Under the pieces are notes generated by a model. It made no database searches. It was given only the letters and a program-made list of their open reading frames with translations, and was not told the origin of the DNA. The translations under genes and the position numbers were made by a program. Source: Sedimentisphaerales bacterium (GTDB taxonomy: Bacteria > Planctomycetota > Phycisphaerae > Sedimentisphaerales > SM23-30). From it: a stretch of 64,000 bases of DNA. The stretch lies in contig CAXXMR010000012.1 of NCBI GenBank assembly GCA_963663805.2, positions 384,001-448,000 on the forward strand. Direction: 5' to 3'. The first letter of the stretch is position 1. Each line of letters begins with the position of its first letter. Below are positions 20,596 through 31,516 of this stretch, piece after piece.

Positions 20596-22125
20596 ATGTT
20601 GGCACGGGTGCATAGCGCAGCTTTGCTGGGGATAGAAGCGATTCCCTGTGAGGTTGAGGTCGATGTCGGCAGTGGCGGTTTTGAAAAAAGTACCATTCTG
20701 GGTCTGCCTGACGCAGCCGTCAAAGAAAGTATCGAACGTGTTCGCAGTGCCGTCAGTAATTGTGGCTATTCTTTCCCCCTCGATTCCAGCATCATCAATC
20801 TCGCTCCGGCCAACATCAAAAAAGAAGGTCCCAGTTTCGATCTGCCCATCGCAATTGGTATTCTGACAGGTCAGGCGATTGTGCAAAATGATCTGCTCGA
20901 AAAAACTGTTATTCTGGGGGAGTTGGCCCTGGATGGTCGAGTGCGTTCTGTACGCGGGGTTTTACCGGCGGCAATTATGGCCTGGGAACGTGGTTTTGAA
21001 CGTATATTCGTGCCGACGGCCAACGCCGCCGAAGCAGCGGTCGTGCAGAACATAGATGTAATCGCGATTTCATCATTATCCGAGGCCGTCGGTTATCTCA
21101 ACGGCCATTTGCCCCTGGAACCACATTGCGTTGACCTTGACGTCCTGTTCAGTCAGGCCGGTAAATACGATGTTGATTTCTCTGATGTCAAAGGCCAGGA
21201 GTCAGTTAAACGTGCCTTAACGGTAGCGGCGGCTGGCAACCATAATATCCTTTTAATCGGTCCGCCAGGGACAGGCAAGACCATGCTCACCAAGCGGCTG
21301 CCGACAATTCTGCCAGCACTGTCACTGGAAGAATCACTCGAAACTACACGAGTTTATTCTGTGACCGGCAGATTAAAATCAGACCAGCCGTTATTAGCTC
21401 GCCGACCGGTACGTTCACCCCATCATTCCGCCAGCGGACCTTCCCTGGTAGGCGGCGGCAGTGTACCCAAGCCCGGCGAACTGTCATTAGCCCATAACGG
21501 TTTGCTGTTTCTGGATGAATTCCCGGAATTCAACCGAACTGTCCTTGAGACCATTCGCCAGCCGCTCGAAGAAGGATGCGTAACCATCGCCCGCGCCGCC
21601 GGAACCATGACCTTCCCGGCGAATATTTTACTCATAGCTGCCATGAACCCCTGCCCCTGCGGATACAGTACCGACCCCAAGCGAAAATGCAAGTGTACGC
21701 CAAATCAGGTTGAGCGATATATGTCCCGTATTTCCGGCCCGCTCATTGACCGCATCGATATTCACATTGACGTGCCAACTGTCCCTTACGATGACCTTTC
21801 CAGCAAACGGGACGGGACCAACAGCGAAACTATGGCTCAGAATGTCGAACTGGCTCGACAATGGCAGCGACAGAGGTTCGCGGACACAAAAATCACAGCT
21901 AATGCCCAGATGAGTTCGCGTCAGATAAGAAATTATTGTCAATTAAACGAGCCCTGCCGGATGATGCTCAAACAGGCTATTTATGAACTTGGCCTTTCCG
22001 CACGCGCTCACGATAAAGTCCTGCGTCTGGCCCGCACCATAGCGGACCTCGAACAGTCAGAAAATATCGAAACCAATCATCTGGGCGAAGCGATTTCCTA
22101 CCGAAAACTCGACCGGAAACTATAG
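20596..22125 (+). CDS. comM: YifB/ComM family Mg-chelatase-like AAA+ ATPase
   Basis: GLPDAAVKES, INLAPA, GELALDG, GPPGTGKT, RSPHHS, AAMNPCPCG. Confidence 0.92.
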   Translation: MLARVHSAALLGIEAIPCEVEVDVGSGGFEKSTILGLPDAAVKESIERVRSAVSNCGYSFPLDSSIINLAPANIKKEGPSFDLPIAIGILTGQAIVQNDLLEKTVILGELALDGRVRSVRGVLPAAIMAWERGFERIFVPTANAAEAAVVQNIDVIAISSLSEAVGYLNGHLPLEPHCVDLDVLFSQAGKYDVDFSDVKGQESVKRALTVAAAGNHNILLIGPPGTGKTMLTKRLPTILPALSLEESLETTRVYSVTGRLKSDQPLLARRPVRSPHHSASGPSLVGGGSVPKPGELSLAHNGLLFLDEFPEFNRTVLETIRQPLEEGCVTIARAAGTMTFPANILLIAAMNPCPCGYSTDPKRKCKCTPNQVERYMSRISGPLIDRIDIHIDVPTVPYDDLSSKRDGTNSETMAQNVELARQWQRQRFADTKITANAQMSSRQIRNYCQLNEPCRMMLKQAIYELGLSARAHDKVLRLARTIADLEQSENIETNHLGEAISYRKLDRKL

Positions 22126-22280
22126 GACGCCTTATAGTTGCTCTTTTCAATATTGTCGGGGGCTGCATTTCCGGTGCTTTTTGAACACGCGATAGAAAGA
22201 GGATAGACTGCCAATGCGGAAAATATCTACAAGGTTTAGCAGAAAAATTCAGAGCCGCCCTTAACGAACGGCTCCAGAAA

Positions 22281-22355
22281 TGACCCCGACGGGATTCGAA
22301 CCCGTGTTGCAGGGATGAAAACCCTGTGTCCTAGACCTGGCTAGACGACGGGGCC
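22281..22355 (-). tRNA. tRNA-Glu(UUC)
   Basis: Reverse complement folds as a cloverleaf; anticodon arm CAGGG-TTTTCAT-CCCTG; T loop GGTTCGAATCC; CCA not encoded. Confidence 0.95.
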
Positions 22356-22441
22356 GTTTAACCGAGCTACGAAATATATTGGTGTTGAACTCGATTGTCA
22401 ATGTCAAATTACAAAATTTTGGTATTTTTACAAGTATTTTG

Positions 22442-23416
22442 TTACTGATTATCGTTCTCGATGGCGGTTTGGGCCAGGATTTCGCAGGGCAGGGTTTCGG
22501 AGTTTACGCTGCGATCTCGCCCGGTTTTTTTTGCGTGATATAGGGCTTCATCGGCTCGGAACAGCATTTTGTCGCGGGTGTCAACTGCATGGAACTGGGC
22601 TATTCCGAAACTAGCGGTAATGGATTCGGAGACGTTATCACTTGGTATTGCATGGATTAGGCGTCTTAATCGTTCAGCCAGCCCCAGGGCGGCCCGGGCG
22701 TTTGAGCCGGGCGCCACAATCATGAATTCTTCGCCGCCCCATCGTCCCACAGCGTCGGGCTGTCTCAGATTGTCCCTCAGGACGCGTGAGAACTCCCGCA
22801 GAACGACATCTCCGGCATCATGGCCATAGCGGTCGTTTATTCGCTTGAACAGGTCGATATCCACCATAACTACCGATAAATCCTGATGATAGCGACGGGA
22901 GCGTGAAATTTCGCCGTCCAGCAGGTCGGTTAGGGCAGCCCGATTTTTCATCTGGGTCAATTGATCTAAACTAGCCTGGTCCAGGAGGTTACGGTGAGCT
23001 TTTTCCAGGGCTGCCAGGGCGGAAATATCCCGGAAAATTATAGTGGCTCCTATAACAACATTATTTTCGTCCTGGATGGGCGATATTTTACTCTTAACAG
23101 GGATGATTCGACCGTTGCGGCATTTCAAAAAACCCTTCCAGATGCCCGGCATACCATTTATAATTATTGATTCTATATGATGTTGCGAGTTCCCTCGAAC
23201 ATCATTGCCATCTTCATCACACCAACTGAGGGGCGTGTCGTGATAGTGCTTTGCCGCCATTTCCTCGGCACTATAGCCGGTAATCCGGTGACAACTGGGG
23301 TTCCAGTAGATTATTACGCCCTGCATATCAACCGCAAAAACAGCGTCAAAAAGACTGTCCAATAAGGGTTTACAAAAAGAACAGGTAGTAATCAAGGTTG
23401 TCGCTTTATCAACCAT
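22442..23416 (-). CDS. PAS-GGDEF diguanylate cyclase
   Basis: PAS domain, DQLT, DIDLFKRIND.YGH..GD, RQPD (RxxD I-site), GGEEF. Confidence 0.93.
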   Translation of the reverse strand: MVDKATTLITTCSFCKPLLDSLFDAVFAVDMQGVIIYWNPSCHRITGYSAEEMAAKHYHDTPLSWCDEDGNDVRGNSQHHIESIIINGMPGIWKGFLKCRNGRIIPVKSKISPIQDENNVVIGATIIFRDISALAALEKAHRNLLDQASLDQLTQMKNRAALTDLLDGEISRSRRYHQDLSVVMVDIDLFKRINDRYGHDAGDVVLREFSRVLRDNLRQPDAVGRWGGEEFMIVAPGSNARAALGLAERLRRLIHAIPSDNVSESITASFGIAQFHAVDTRDKMLFRADEALYHAKKTGRDRSVNSETLPCEILAQTAIENDNQ

Positions 23417-23605
23417 TTTTCCGCTTCCGGCTTAGCTTAACCTGCTCAAGAGCAGGTAATTAAAACTTCTATGGCCACGGGGACCTCCTCTCTTATCGAC
23501 TGTTAATCTGGTTAAGTTAACCAGCTATCTCAAACACTTCATTTTTTACGCAAAATTAAATTTATTTTGCCCCCATAATCTGTGCAGTTTAAATATTATT
23601 AGCCG

Positions 23606-24166
23606 TTAATCTGTATTTCCAACCTTCGGTACCTCTCGCACCGCCGGTTCTACATCGAAGTATTCGAGGGGTTCAAAAGCGAAAGCCGCGGCGATCAGGT
23701 TGCTGGGGAAGGTTTCTCTTTTGTTGCGGTAGTCGCGGATATTGCCGTTATAGAACCGCCGAGCCGCCTGGATGCGGTCTTCGGTGTTGGTCAGTTCCTT
23801 CTGGAGTTCGAGGTAATGGGCATCGGCTTTTAAATTGGGGTAGTTTTCCACTACGGCCAGGAGCTGCTGCAGGGCGGTGACTAAATGTTTTTCGTCGATG
23901 GTCTGTTGGCTTACATGGCCGGTGCTGGCCAGGCACTGACTGCGCAGGCGGGTGATTTTTTCAAAGAGTTCCTTTTCGTGAGCGGAATACGCTCGCACAG
24001 TCGAGACGAGGTTGGGGATAAGGTCATAGCGTCGCTTAAGCTCGGTGTCGATATTACTCCATGAATCACGAATATGATTACGCAGACGGGTCAGGGAGTT
24101 AAAAGTCGCGATTACAAAGATCAGCGGCAGCAGAATCACCACAGCCAGAATTATAAGAGCAGGCAT
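23606..24166 (-). CDS. lemA: LemA family protein
   Basis: N-terminal TM, WSNIDTELKRRYDLIPNLV, ENYPNLKAD, ARRFYN. Confidence 0.93.
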   Translation of the reverse strand: MPALIILAVVILLPLIFVIATFNSLTRLRNHIRDSWSNIDTELKRRYDLIPNLVSTVRAYSAHEKELFEKITRLRSQCLASTGHVSQQTIDEKHLVTALQQLLAVVENYPNLKADAHYLELQKELTNTEDRIQAARRFYNGNIRDYRNKRETFPSNLIAAAFAFEPLEYFDVEPAVREVPKVGNTD

Positions 24167-24167
24167 A

Positions 24168-24839
24168 TTATTTCTCCTGAAAAAGATAGTCCGGCATTAG
24201 CTTGCGTACCTCGATAAGACGATTAAGGTTCGGCTGAATTTGTTCGACCGCCAGCTCTTTATTGAGACAGATGCTCAAAATGTTACTTTCAATCTCGATA
24301 TTGAGGTCTGAGTTAGCCAGAAGATATTCAATCATCAGAGTATGACAGATATCGTAGGCGAATTTCTTGTCGCGGCTGCGTACGCAGAATTTGCGGGAGA
24401 ATTTATGCGACTCAAAGTCGATATCATCATAGCCGACGGCCTGAGCGATTTTGGACAGGAAATTCTCACGGACGATAGTCAATTCCGGCAGGAAGCAGGG
24501 CAGTTTCAGCATGAAAAATGAAATCACGTGGTGCTGCTGGTTTTTGCCGGAGCCGGTTGTATAATGAAAATCGAAGATGTCAATTTCGTACCCCTGATAG
24601 ATGCCGTAGATATGATTTTTGGCATAGCGGCTGTGCCCCTGATGAAGTTTGTCGAGGAAGGAGTACTGCTCGCCTATGGAGATGTTTTTGCCCGGGTCGA
24701 AGCTCAGACCCAGACTTTGGGCCAGGCCGCGCAGTGCTTCGCGACGTTTCTTTGCGGCGATCAGGGCGAAGATAATGAATATCGCCACCGCGGCAAACAT
24801 CAAAATCGGCATTATTATCTGCATTTGGCTCGGCTCCAT
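24168..24839 (-). CDS. Hypothetical membrane-anchored protein co-transcribed with lemA
   Basis: N-terminal TM, DIDFES.F..KF.V motif, 1 nt from the lemA start. Confidence 0.7.
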   Translation of the reverse strand: MEPSQMQIIMPILMFAAVAIFIIFALIAAKKRREALRGLAQSLGLSFDPGKNISIGEQYSFLDKLHQGHSRYAKNHIYGIYQGYEIDIFDFHYTTGSGKNQQHHVISFFMLKLPCFLPELTIVRENFLSKIAQAVGYDDIDFESHKFSRKFCVRSRDKKFAYDICHTLMIEYLLANSDLNIEIESNILSICLNKELAVEQIQPNLNRLIEVRKLMPDYLFQEK

Positions 24840-25178
24840 TTTTTACATCGTTTTCCCGAACAGCCTCATTTTATAACCGATATTTGTTTTGACAATGGGA
24901 AAAGTTTAAGGCTTGTTTGGGGTGGCTGATTGTGGTACAATGCGGAGAGTTGAGCGGTTTGCGTTCTCTCATAAGCGTTCCTTCAGGGGGCTCCTGGTAG
25001 CAGCTTTTGAGCCGAAAGTGGTGTTTTTCCGCCTGAAACGCAGCTTAGCAGAGTTTTTGACCAGCCTTCCCCAGCCTCAAAAAGTCGTCCAAACAGGATA
25101 CCGGCACGTCCTGTAATTCGGCGGTGGAGCTGATTTTATGGTAACGTGCCCTTACAAAAGAAGAAGTAAAAACAGAAG

Positions 25179-26769
25179 ATGACCACGCCTAAAACATTTG
25201 ACCAGTTGGGTCTTTCCGCCGAAGTTCTCGAAGCGATTTCAGCGAAGGGTTTCGAGGAACCTACCGCCATCCAGAACATGACCATTCCACTGATGCTCAA
25301 GGATGAAGCCAATATTATCGCCCAGGCCCAGACCGGCACAGGCAAGACCGCGGCGTTTGGCCTGCCGCTAATCGAGATGATTAACCCGTTCGACAAATCG
25401 GTGCAGGCCCTCATTCTGGTGCCCACCCGCGAGCTGGCGATTCAGGTCTCCGAGGAAATCAATTCGCTGCGGGGCAGTAAGAATATTAACGCTGTCCCTA
25501 TTTACGGCGGCCAGTCGATTGACCAGCAGTTACGGCGGCTGAAAAAGGGGGCTCATATAGTGGTTGGTTCGCCGGGGCGGATTATTGACCATCTAAACCG
25601 CAAGACGCTCAAACTCGGCGGCATCGAACATTTGATTCTCGATGAGGCTGACGAGATGCTGAATATGGGTTTCATCGAGGATATCGAAGAAATCATGAAG
25701 CATACCAATCCGGAAAAGCGGACGCTGCTGTTCTCGGCAACCATGCCGAAGCGGATTAAGGACCTGGCCCATAATTACATGGACGGCTATGAACTGCTTA
25801 CGGTGGAAAAAGAACAGCTTACGACGAACCTGACCGAGCAGATATATTTCGAGGTGAGGTATTCGGATAAGTTTGATTCGCTGTGCCGGATTATTGATGT
25901 CGAAGATGATTTTTATGCTCTGATTTTCTGCCGGACCCGAAGCGATGTTGATTTGGTTTCCAGTCAGCTTGCCAATCGCGGTTACGATGCCGGGGCGATT
26001 CACGGCGATATAACGCAGGGGCAGCGGGAGAAGATCCTGGAGCGGTTCAAACAGAAAATGATAAATATCCTGGTCGCTACGGATGTCGCCGCACGGGGTA
26101 TCGATGTGAATAATCTGACCCATGTGATAAATTATTCGCTGCCCCAGAACCCGGAGTCTTACGTGCATCGTATCGGCCGGACCGGGCGGGCAGGCAATGA
26201 GGGTACAGCGATTACGTTTATTACGCCCAGCGAGTATAAGAAACTGATGGTTATTCAGCGGGCAGCCAAAACCGAGATTCGCAAATCCAGCGTGCCCAGG
26301 GTGCAGGATATTATCAAGGCCAAACGCAAGAAGATTGACGAAGACCTCAACACGCTGCTGGATGAGCCGCTGGAAGAGCAATATTATAACTGGGCCAAAC
26401 AAATGCTGGAGACGAGCAAGCCGACCAAGGTTCTGGCAACGCTGCTGCACTATTGCTTTGAGGATGAACTGAACCCGGAATATTACGGGGACGTGAAGGA
26501 GTCGGGCGGTTCCAATAAGCAGATTGACGAGCAGGGCAAGACCCCGGCTTTTTGTGGCCCTGGGCAAAAAGGACAAGATGACACCCAAAAAACTGGTGAC
26601 ACTAATCCAGGGCCGGGCGTCCGTTTATCCCAAGCAGATAAGCGATATACAGATAATGGATAATTTTTCGTTTATCACCGTACCGTTCAATAAGGCAGAG
26701 AAAATCGTCGTCAGCTTCCGACAAAAAGGCAAGAAAGACCTGATTACCCACGCCCGCAAGGACCGGTGA
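25179..26769 (+). pseudogene. deaD: DEAD-box RNA helicase (DeaD/CsdA-like), frameshifted before the C-terminal DbpA RNA-binding domain
   Basis: AQTGTGKT, PTRELA, DEAD, SAT, HRIGRTGRAG in 25179-26663; RLFVALGKKD...FSFITVP continues in another frame; extra C in ACCCC at ~26542-26545. Confidence 0.85.
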
Positions 26770-26790
26770 AAATGTTGTTTTATAAGAACG

Positions 26791-27921
26791 TTATTGTGGA
26801 GTAGGCTTTGCGGTATCCGCCAAAAAGTCCCGCCAGTTTTTCCCTTCGGTAACCCACGCCAAATTAAAACGGGCGAAGTGGCCGCTGTGGCATAGCATAT
26901 AAATCTTGCCTTCACTCGGTGTGCCCATGCGCCCCGCCGCCAGTTCGGTATAGCCGCCGGTTTCGTGCAGAAAGCGACTGACAGGCCAGGTCTTGCCGCC
27001 GTCAAAGCTCACCCATACCTTAAGATTCCCGCGACCTCTGGTGCTGTGCGTGGCGGTATCACCGCCGGGGTCATCATTCTGAGAGAAAAGCAAAATATCA
27101 TAATTATCTGACGGCAAACGAGTCAGCCCACCCTTACAGCCGTAAAAGTCAGGCGGGCCGTCGGGCAGATATGGGTCCATCTGTCCCTCTTTCCAGCTTT
27201 GGCCGCCGTCATAACTCCGAGCGATAAGGCGATTGCCAAACAGAACATGCGTGCGGGAATTATAATATATCGTACCATCGGCAAGCTCCACCAGCCCCGC
27301 CTCGCCCGTGCCGGGAAACGGAAATGGATCGCCGCTGAACCAGGTCTTGCCGCCGTCGTCACTGTAAAGCGAACTGCTGTAACAGTCGAAATGCTCCTGC
27401 TGAGGGAATTTCGGATGTTTGTTATTTATGAACGTCCGTGACGCACCCAGCAGCCGCCCTTTATGTTCGCCGTATTTCAAGGTTATCCCCGGCGTGCAGC
27501 ACATATTAGTCGTAAGCCAGCCGTTTTTATCGACATGCCGCACGATAGTTTCTTTTGCCCACGTCTTGCCGTTATCCTTACTCCTGTAGAGCCAGAGTTG
27601 TGGATTGTCATTACTGTTAAGCCGCAGAATATCGCCGGTATTGTCGTCAATATAAAAACCACCCGTTCCCGCCAGACCTTCCGGACCGTTTATCGGCTGC
27701 CACGTATCACCGCCGTCTTCACTGAGTACCGCACCGCCCGCTATGACATTACCATTCGGAGCGACCATGACACTAAGCTCCCACCTCTTGGGCCCTTCAA
27801 TGGTCTGAAACTCACAAAACTCTTTACCTCCACCCCAGAAACTGTCGATAACCTCATCAGCACCCGCAGTAACAACCGCACCCAAAACCATCAAGATCGT
27901 AATCAATGTTCTTAGTTTCAT
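26791..27921 (-). CDS. Sialidase/BNR (Asp-box) family protein
   Basis: Signal peptide; five S-x-D-x-G-x-[TS]W Asp-boxes. Confidence 0.85.
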   Translation of the reverse strand: MKLRTLITILMVLGAVVTAGADEVIDSFWGGGKEFCEFQTIEGPKRWELSVMVAPNGNVIAGGAVLSEDGGDTWQPINGPEGLAGTGGFYIDDNTGDILRLNSNDNPQLWLYRSKDNGKTWAKETIVRHVDKNGWLTTNMCCTPGITLKYGEHKGRLLGASRTFINNKHPKFPQQEHFDCYSSSLYSDDGGKTWFSGDPFPFPGTGEAGLVELADGTIYYNSRTHVLFGNRLIARSYDGGQSWKEGQMDPYLPDGPPDFYGCKGGLTRLPSDNYDILLFSQNDDPGGDTATHSTRGRGNLKVWVSFDGGKTWPVSRFLHETGGYTELAAGRMGTPSEGKIYMLCHSGHFARFNLAWVTEGKNWRDFLADTAKPTPQ

Positions 27922-27962
27922 TTTTGTGCCCTTTCTTTTGAATATTCTTTGAAGGCCGAATT

Positions 27963-29441
27963 CTAACGCGGACCCGGATCGTTGATGGCGGCAGCATTAC
28001 GTTCACTGCCGGGAATTGTCCCGCGGGTCATTTTTTTTCGCCAGTTCTTATCCTGCCATTGTAAGGTTTATTCGCGGTCAATATAATCACCGGTCAGTTT
28101 TTCCGGCACGGTATCGCCGGTTCTGTCCTGCCACTGGTCCATTATTTTCCGGAGATGTTCGAGTGTTTCTTGGTGATTCGGGTCACCGGCCAGGTCTTTG
28201 AGTTCATGATAGTCATTGCTCACATCAAAGAGCATTTCGGGGGGACGCGGTACCCGAAAAATGTCGGCCTGAGCCTCAGTCAGCTCGCCTTTTTTCTGCA
28301 TAGCCCGCAGATCGACATACGGCGGCTCCCAGGCATGCGCATGGGCCCAGGCGGAAAGTTGTGGCCGGGCGTTGCGGATATAAACATAATTTTGCCAGCG
28401 TACTATTCGCTGATGCAGTTCAATGTCATGCCAGTTCTGTTCAGCGAAGGCATATTCCCTGATTTGTGTTTTCGTCTTGTCCAGCAGAGGCTGGAAGTTT
28501 ACGCCCTGCATAGCCGCGGGAATGCCCACCCCGGCCCAGCTCAGGATTGTAGGAGCAATATCAATAACGCTTAGCAGTGAATCGCAAGTATTGTTGGATT
28601 TTATCTGCGGGTGTCTGACGATAAACGGTGTTTTGATGCCGCTGTCATAGACCCAGGTTTTGCAGCGAGGGAAGGGACGGCCGTTGTCAGCAATGAAAAT
28701 GATTATAGTGTTATCGTAAACTTCCTGCTCTTTCAGTTCCTCAATTACTTTACCGACGTAGCGGTCCAGCCGCTGTATCTCATTATAATAATTCGCCAGA
28801 TCCTCTCGTGTACCAGGCGTGTCAGCCATATAAGGCGGAATTACGGCGTCGGAATTAGCGTGTTTTCTACCTTCAGGGTCTTCCTGCCAGCTGCGGTGGG
28901 CGTCATGGGAGGCGAACCACATGAAAAACGGCTTATCTTTAGGCCGATTTTGCAGAGTGCTTATCCAGTGTTCTTCTCCGCCGGGTCTGCTGTCGCTGAT
29001 ATTGTTGAAGGCTATTTTAGCATTATCGCCCAAATGCCATTTCCCCGCCGCGGCGGTATAATACCCTGCCTCCTTCAACAGTAGCGGAAACATGGGTTGG
29101 TCCGCAGGCAGCGGCAAATGCAATTCAGGTGCGCCGGTATTATGCGGATACCTTCCCGATATAACGCTGCAACGAGTAGGACTGCATTGGCTGCAAGTCA
29201 GATAAGCATTGGTAAAGCGTACACCGGTCTGGGCCAGCTTGTCGATATTGGGAGTGCGAATATGCGGATGCCCGTAACAGCCGAAATCATCTACGGAAAT
29301 ATCATCACCGATAATCAGTATAATATTAAGTTGCTTTGAAATATTAGTAATATCCGCCCAGAGACGAGAAGATGCCGCGAGTAAAACCGCTCCCGTTCCA
29401 ATATTTTTGAGAAAATCGCGCCTGCGAATCCTGGTATTCAT
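27963..29441 (-). CDS. Tat-exported sulfatase with an in-frame TAA 34 codons before the probable natural end
   Basis: RRDFLK Tat motif, CSPTR formylglycine motif, GKWHLG, ADNG; the frame continues past TAA (28068-28070) to TAG at 27963. Confidence 0.85.
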
Positions 29442-29456
29442 GCTTTGCTCCTGACG

Positions 29457-29864
29457 TTAATTCAGTTGCTCGCCTTTGATAGGCTGCATTTGGAATTTGC
29501 CGTCAACCGGCCCTTCGTAGTGGCCAGTGAAGGTGTTGTTTTCAAGTTTGCCTCCGCCGGTGTATTGGCCCTCATCAGCGGTATAAGTAAAATCATTGCC
29601 CGTTAGAGTACCTTCCATAACGTGCAGAGGATCATCAGTATAGTCAAGGCTTTCAAGTATCAAAATGCGGTATCTATTATCGCCCAGCGGCACAACTTTA
29701 GCGAAATAAGTATAATAATTACCGCGCGAGTCAGTACCATCTCCCTGCCAGTTCCCCGCGAAAGTATCTTTTGGGGTAGTGTCAAGGCTATGACATGAGC
29801 CAAGCACCAAACAGGCGGTCAGGCAGATAATAATAATTGAAATATTACCAAGATTATTTTTCAT
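29457..29864 (-). CDS. Hypothetical lipoprotein
   Basis: LGSC lipobox after a hydrophobic signal. Confidence 0.65.
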   Translation of the reverse strand: MKNNLGNISIIIICLTACLVLGSCHSLDTTPKDTFAGNWQGDGTDSRGNYYTYFAKVVPLGDNRYRILILESLDYTDDPLHVMEGTLTGNDFTYTADEGQYTGGGKLENNTFTGHYEGPVDGKFQMQPIKGEQLN

Positions 29865-29866
29865 TG

Positions 29867-30592
29867 TTATTTCTCTTTAGAATCTGATTTATCGTTTTTA
29901 ATGGTTGGTAATTCAGCTTGGTTAGTTATAGAAAAGTCGTTTAGTGAAATATTTGCGGAAAAAGCAATCTTATTTGACTCGTAAATCACAAAGACCGATT
30001 CATTATCAATTTGTTCATATCCAATTAGGTTATCCAAATTACTTAAAACTTCCTGATAGCTGTAGCCGTCAGGCGAAGATAGCGCGATGGTAGCTTTGTC
30101 AGATGGAGTGAGTTTATGGTCGTTGTCAGTGTCTTCTTTAGCAATCTGATAGAGAATAGCTAATACTTTTGCCTCTTTTGCAGAATTATCCCTGTTTTCG
30201 TAGAGAAAGTCAGTTTCAGTAATCAGATATTTATTGTTTGGAAACAGCCAATGCTTAGAATTGTCCTTTGCATTTATGAAAAGAGCATTCCGTGAAGTAT
30301 ACATATATTCACTGCGGTATGATAGGCTGCTGCTGTTTAGAGGGAGTAGTGAAACCATGAGGTAGTCGGTACCGGGAAGCGATACGAGATTATTCAACGT
30401 ATATTTTTCAGTGAAAGCCTGGTCTTGGTTTTCGGTGATATTAACAATGTTATGTGTATCTGTTCTGCGACCGAAATCTTTGTAAATACCATAGCTGGCA
30501 AGCAATACAGCAACAAGGGCGGCGATGACCAGTAACATGAAGCTAATGGCATTAAATCGCCAGATGTATCGAAAAAACTTATTTTCTTCCAT
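29867..30592 (-). CDS. Hypothetical membrane-anchored protein
   Basis: N-terminal TM, DTDNDHKLT EF-hand-like loop; operon-spaced. Confidence 0.65.
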   Translation of the reverse strand: MEENKFFRYIWRFNAISFMLLVIAALVAVLLASYGIYKDFGRRTDTHNIVNITENQDQAFTEKYTLNNLVSLPGTDYLMVSLLPLNSSSLSYRSEYMYTSRNALFINAKDNSKHWLFPNNKYLITETDFLYENRDNSAKEAKVLAILYQIAKEDTDNDHKLTPSDKATIALSSPDGYSYQEVLSNLDNLIGYEQIDNESVFVIYESNKIAFSANISLNDFSITNQAELPTIKNDKSDSKEK

Positions 30593-30634
30593 AATAATCC
30601 TCTCTGTGCTTATTTTTGATTTGCAGATGTACGA

Positions 30635-31516
30635 TTATTCAGTTTTATTGCTTGTTTCAAGCGTCTGCTCCAGCCACGCCGCGCAAAGGCCGGGCCATTG
30701 ACGAGCGGTATGGTCGGCATCTTTAACCCTCAGGCCGTAACCATGCCCGCCTTTAGGGAAAAGGTGCAGTTCAACCGGTACTTTTGCGTCGTTAAGGGCA
30801 CGGGCATAATTGAAAGCACTCTTGATATATTTATAATCATCCACAGACTGCACGATAAATGTCGGCGGAGTATCTTCGTCAATGACGATATCATCGGGCA
30901 GCTTGTCGGGGTTATCATCCGTATAGAGATAAGCCGGATAAACCAGCACAGTAAAATCAGGCCGACAACTTTGCTGGTCCGCCTGGTCAACCGGACTGTA
31001 GCTGCGTTGTTTATATTTGGTACTGGCCGACGCCGACAGATGCCCGCCCGCAGAAAATCCCAGCACCCCGACCTTGGCCGGGTCGATGCCCCATTGCGCA
31101 GCGTTCTGACGGACCATACTGATAGCCCGCTGAGCGTCACGCAACGCCAGCATTCGCTCTTCCGGGCAAGGCACGGTATATTTAACGACCGCCGCGTGAA
31201 TCCCAAGCGAGTTTAGCCATTGAGCGACTTCGACGCCTTCCTTCATATAAGCCAGCAGCTTATACCCGCCGCCGGGAAATACCACAACCGCCGGAGCAGA
31301 ATCAGCCGCCGTGGCGGATTTGTATAAGGCGATTTCCGGGTGAGCAACTTTGACGAAGCGAGTGCCGTGTTTGGTCGGGGCTGTTTCGTTGGAGCTGCTG
31401 GTAGTTTCCCTGTCGGGCCAGAGAGGATAAATCGGCGTACCTTCCGGATCCAAAGCCCAAAGCGGCAGGGCATATAAAAACAAAACCGCAAATGAGATGA
31501 CGTTCGTTCTGGACAT
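30635..31516 (-). CDS. Secreted alpha/beta hydrolase (acetyl esterase-like)
   Basis: PGGGY oxyanion motif, GFSAGG nucleophile motif, GGHGYG. Confidence 0.9.
   Translation of the reverse strand: MSRTNVISFAVLFLYALPLWALDPEGTPIYPLWPDRETTSSSNETAPTKHGTRFVKVAHPEIALYKSATAADSAPAVVVFPGGGYKLLAYMKEGVEVAQWLNSLGIHAAVVKYTVPCPEERMLALRDAQRAISMVRQNAAQWGIDPAKVGVLGFSAGGHLSASASTKYKQRSYSPVDQADQQSCRPDFTVLVYPAYLYTDDNPDKLPDDIVIDEDTPPTFIVQSVDDYKYIKSAFNYARALNDAKVPVELHLFPKGGHGYGLRVKDADHTARQWPGLCAAWLEQTLETSNKTE

Noticed and set aside
24485..24500. CCGGCAGGAAGCAG resembling the SRP RNA core
   Set aside because: Inside a coding gene and lacks the flanking SRP helix
25593..26588. 331-aa minus-strand ORF
   Set aside because: Antisense shadow of the DEAD-box helicase
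28068..28070. Stop-codon reassignment as the explanation for the sulfatase TAA
   Set aside because: TAA terminates many conserved genes here (pgk, gap, ffh) at their expected ends
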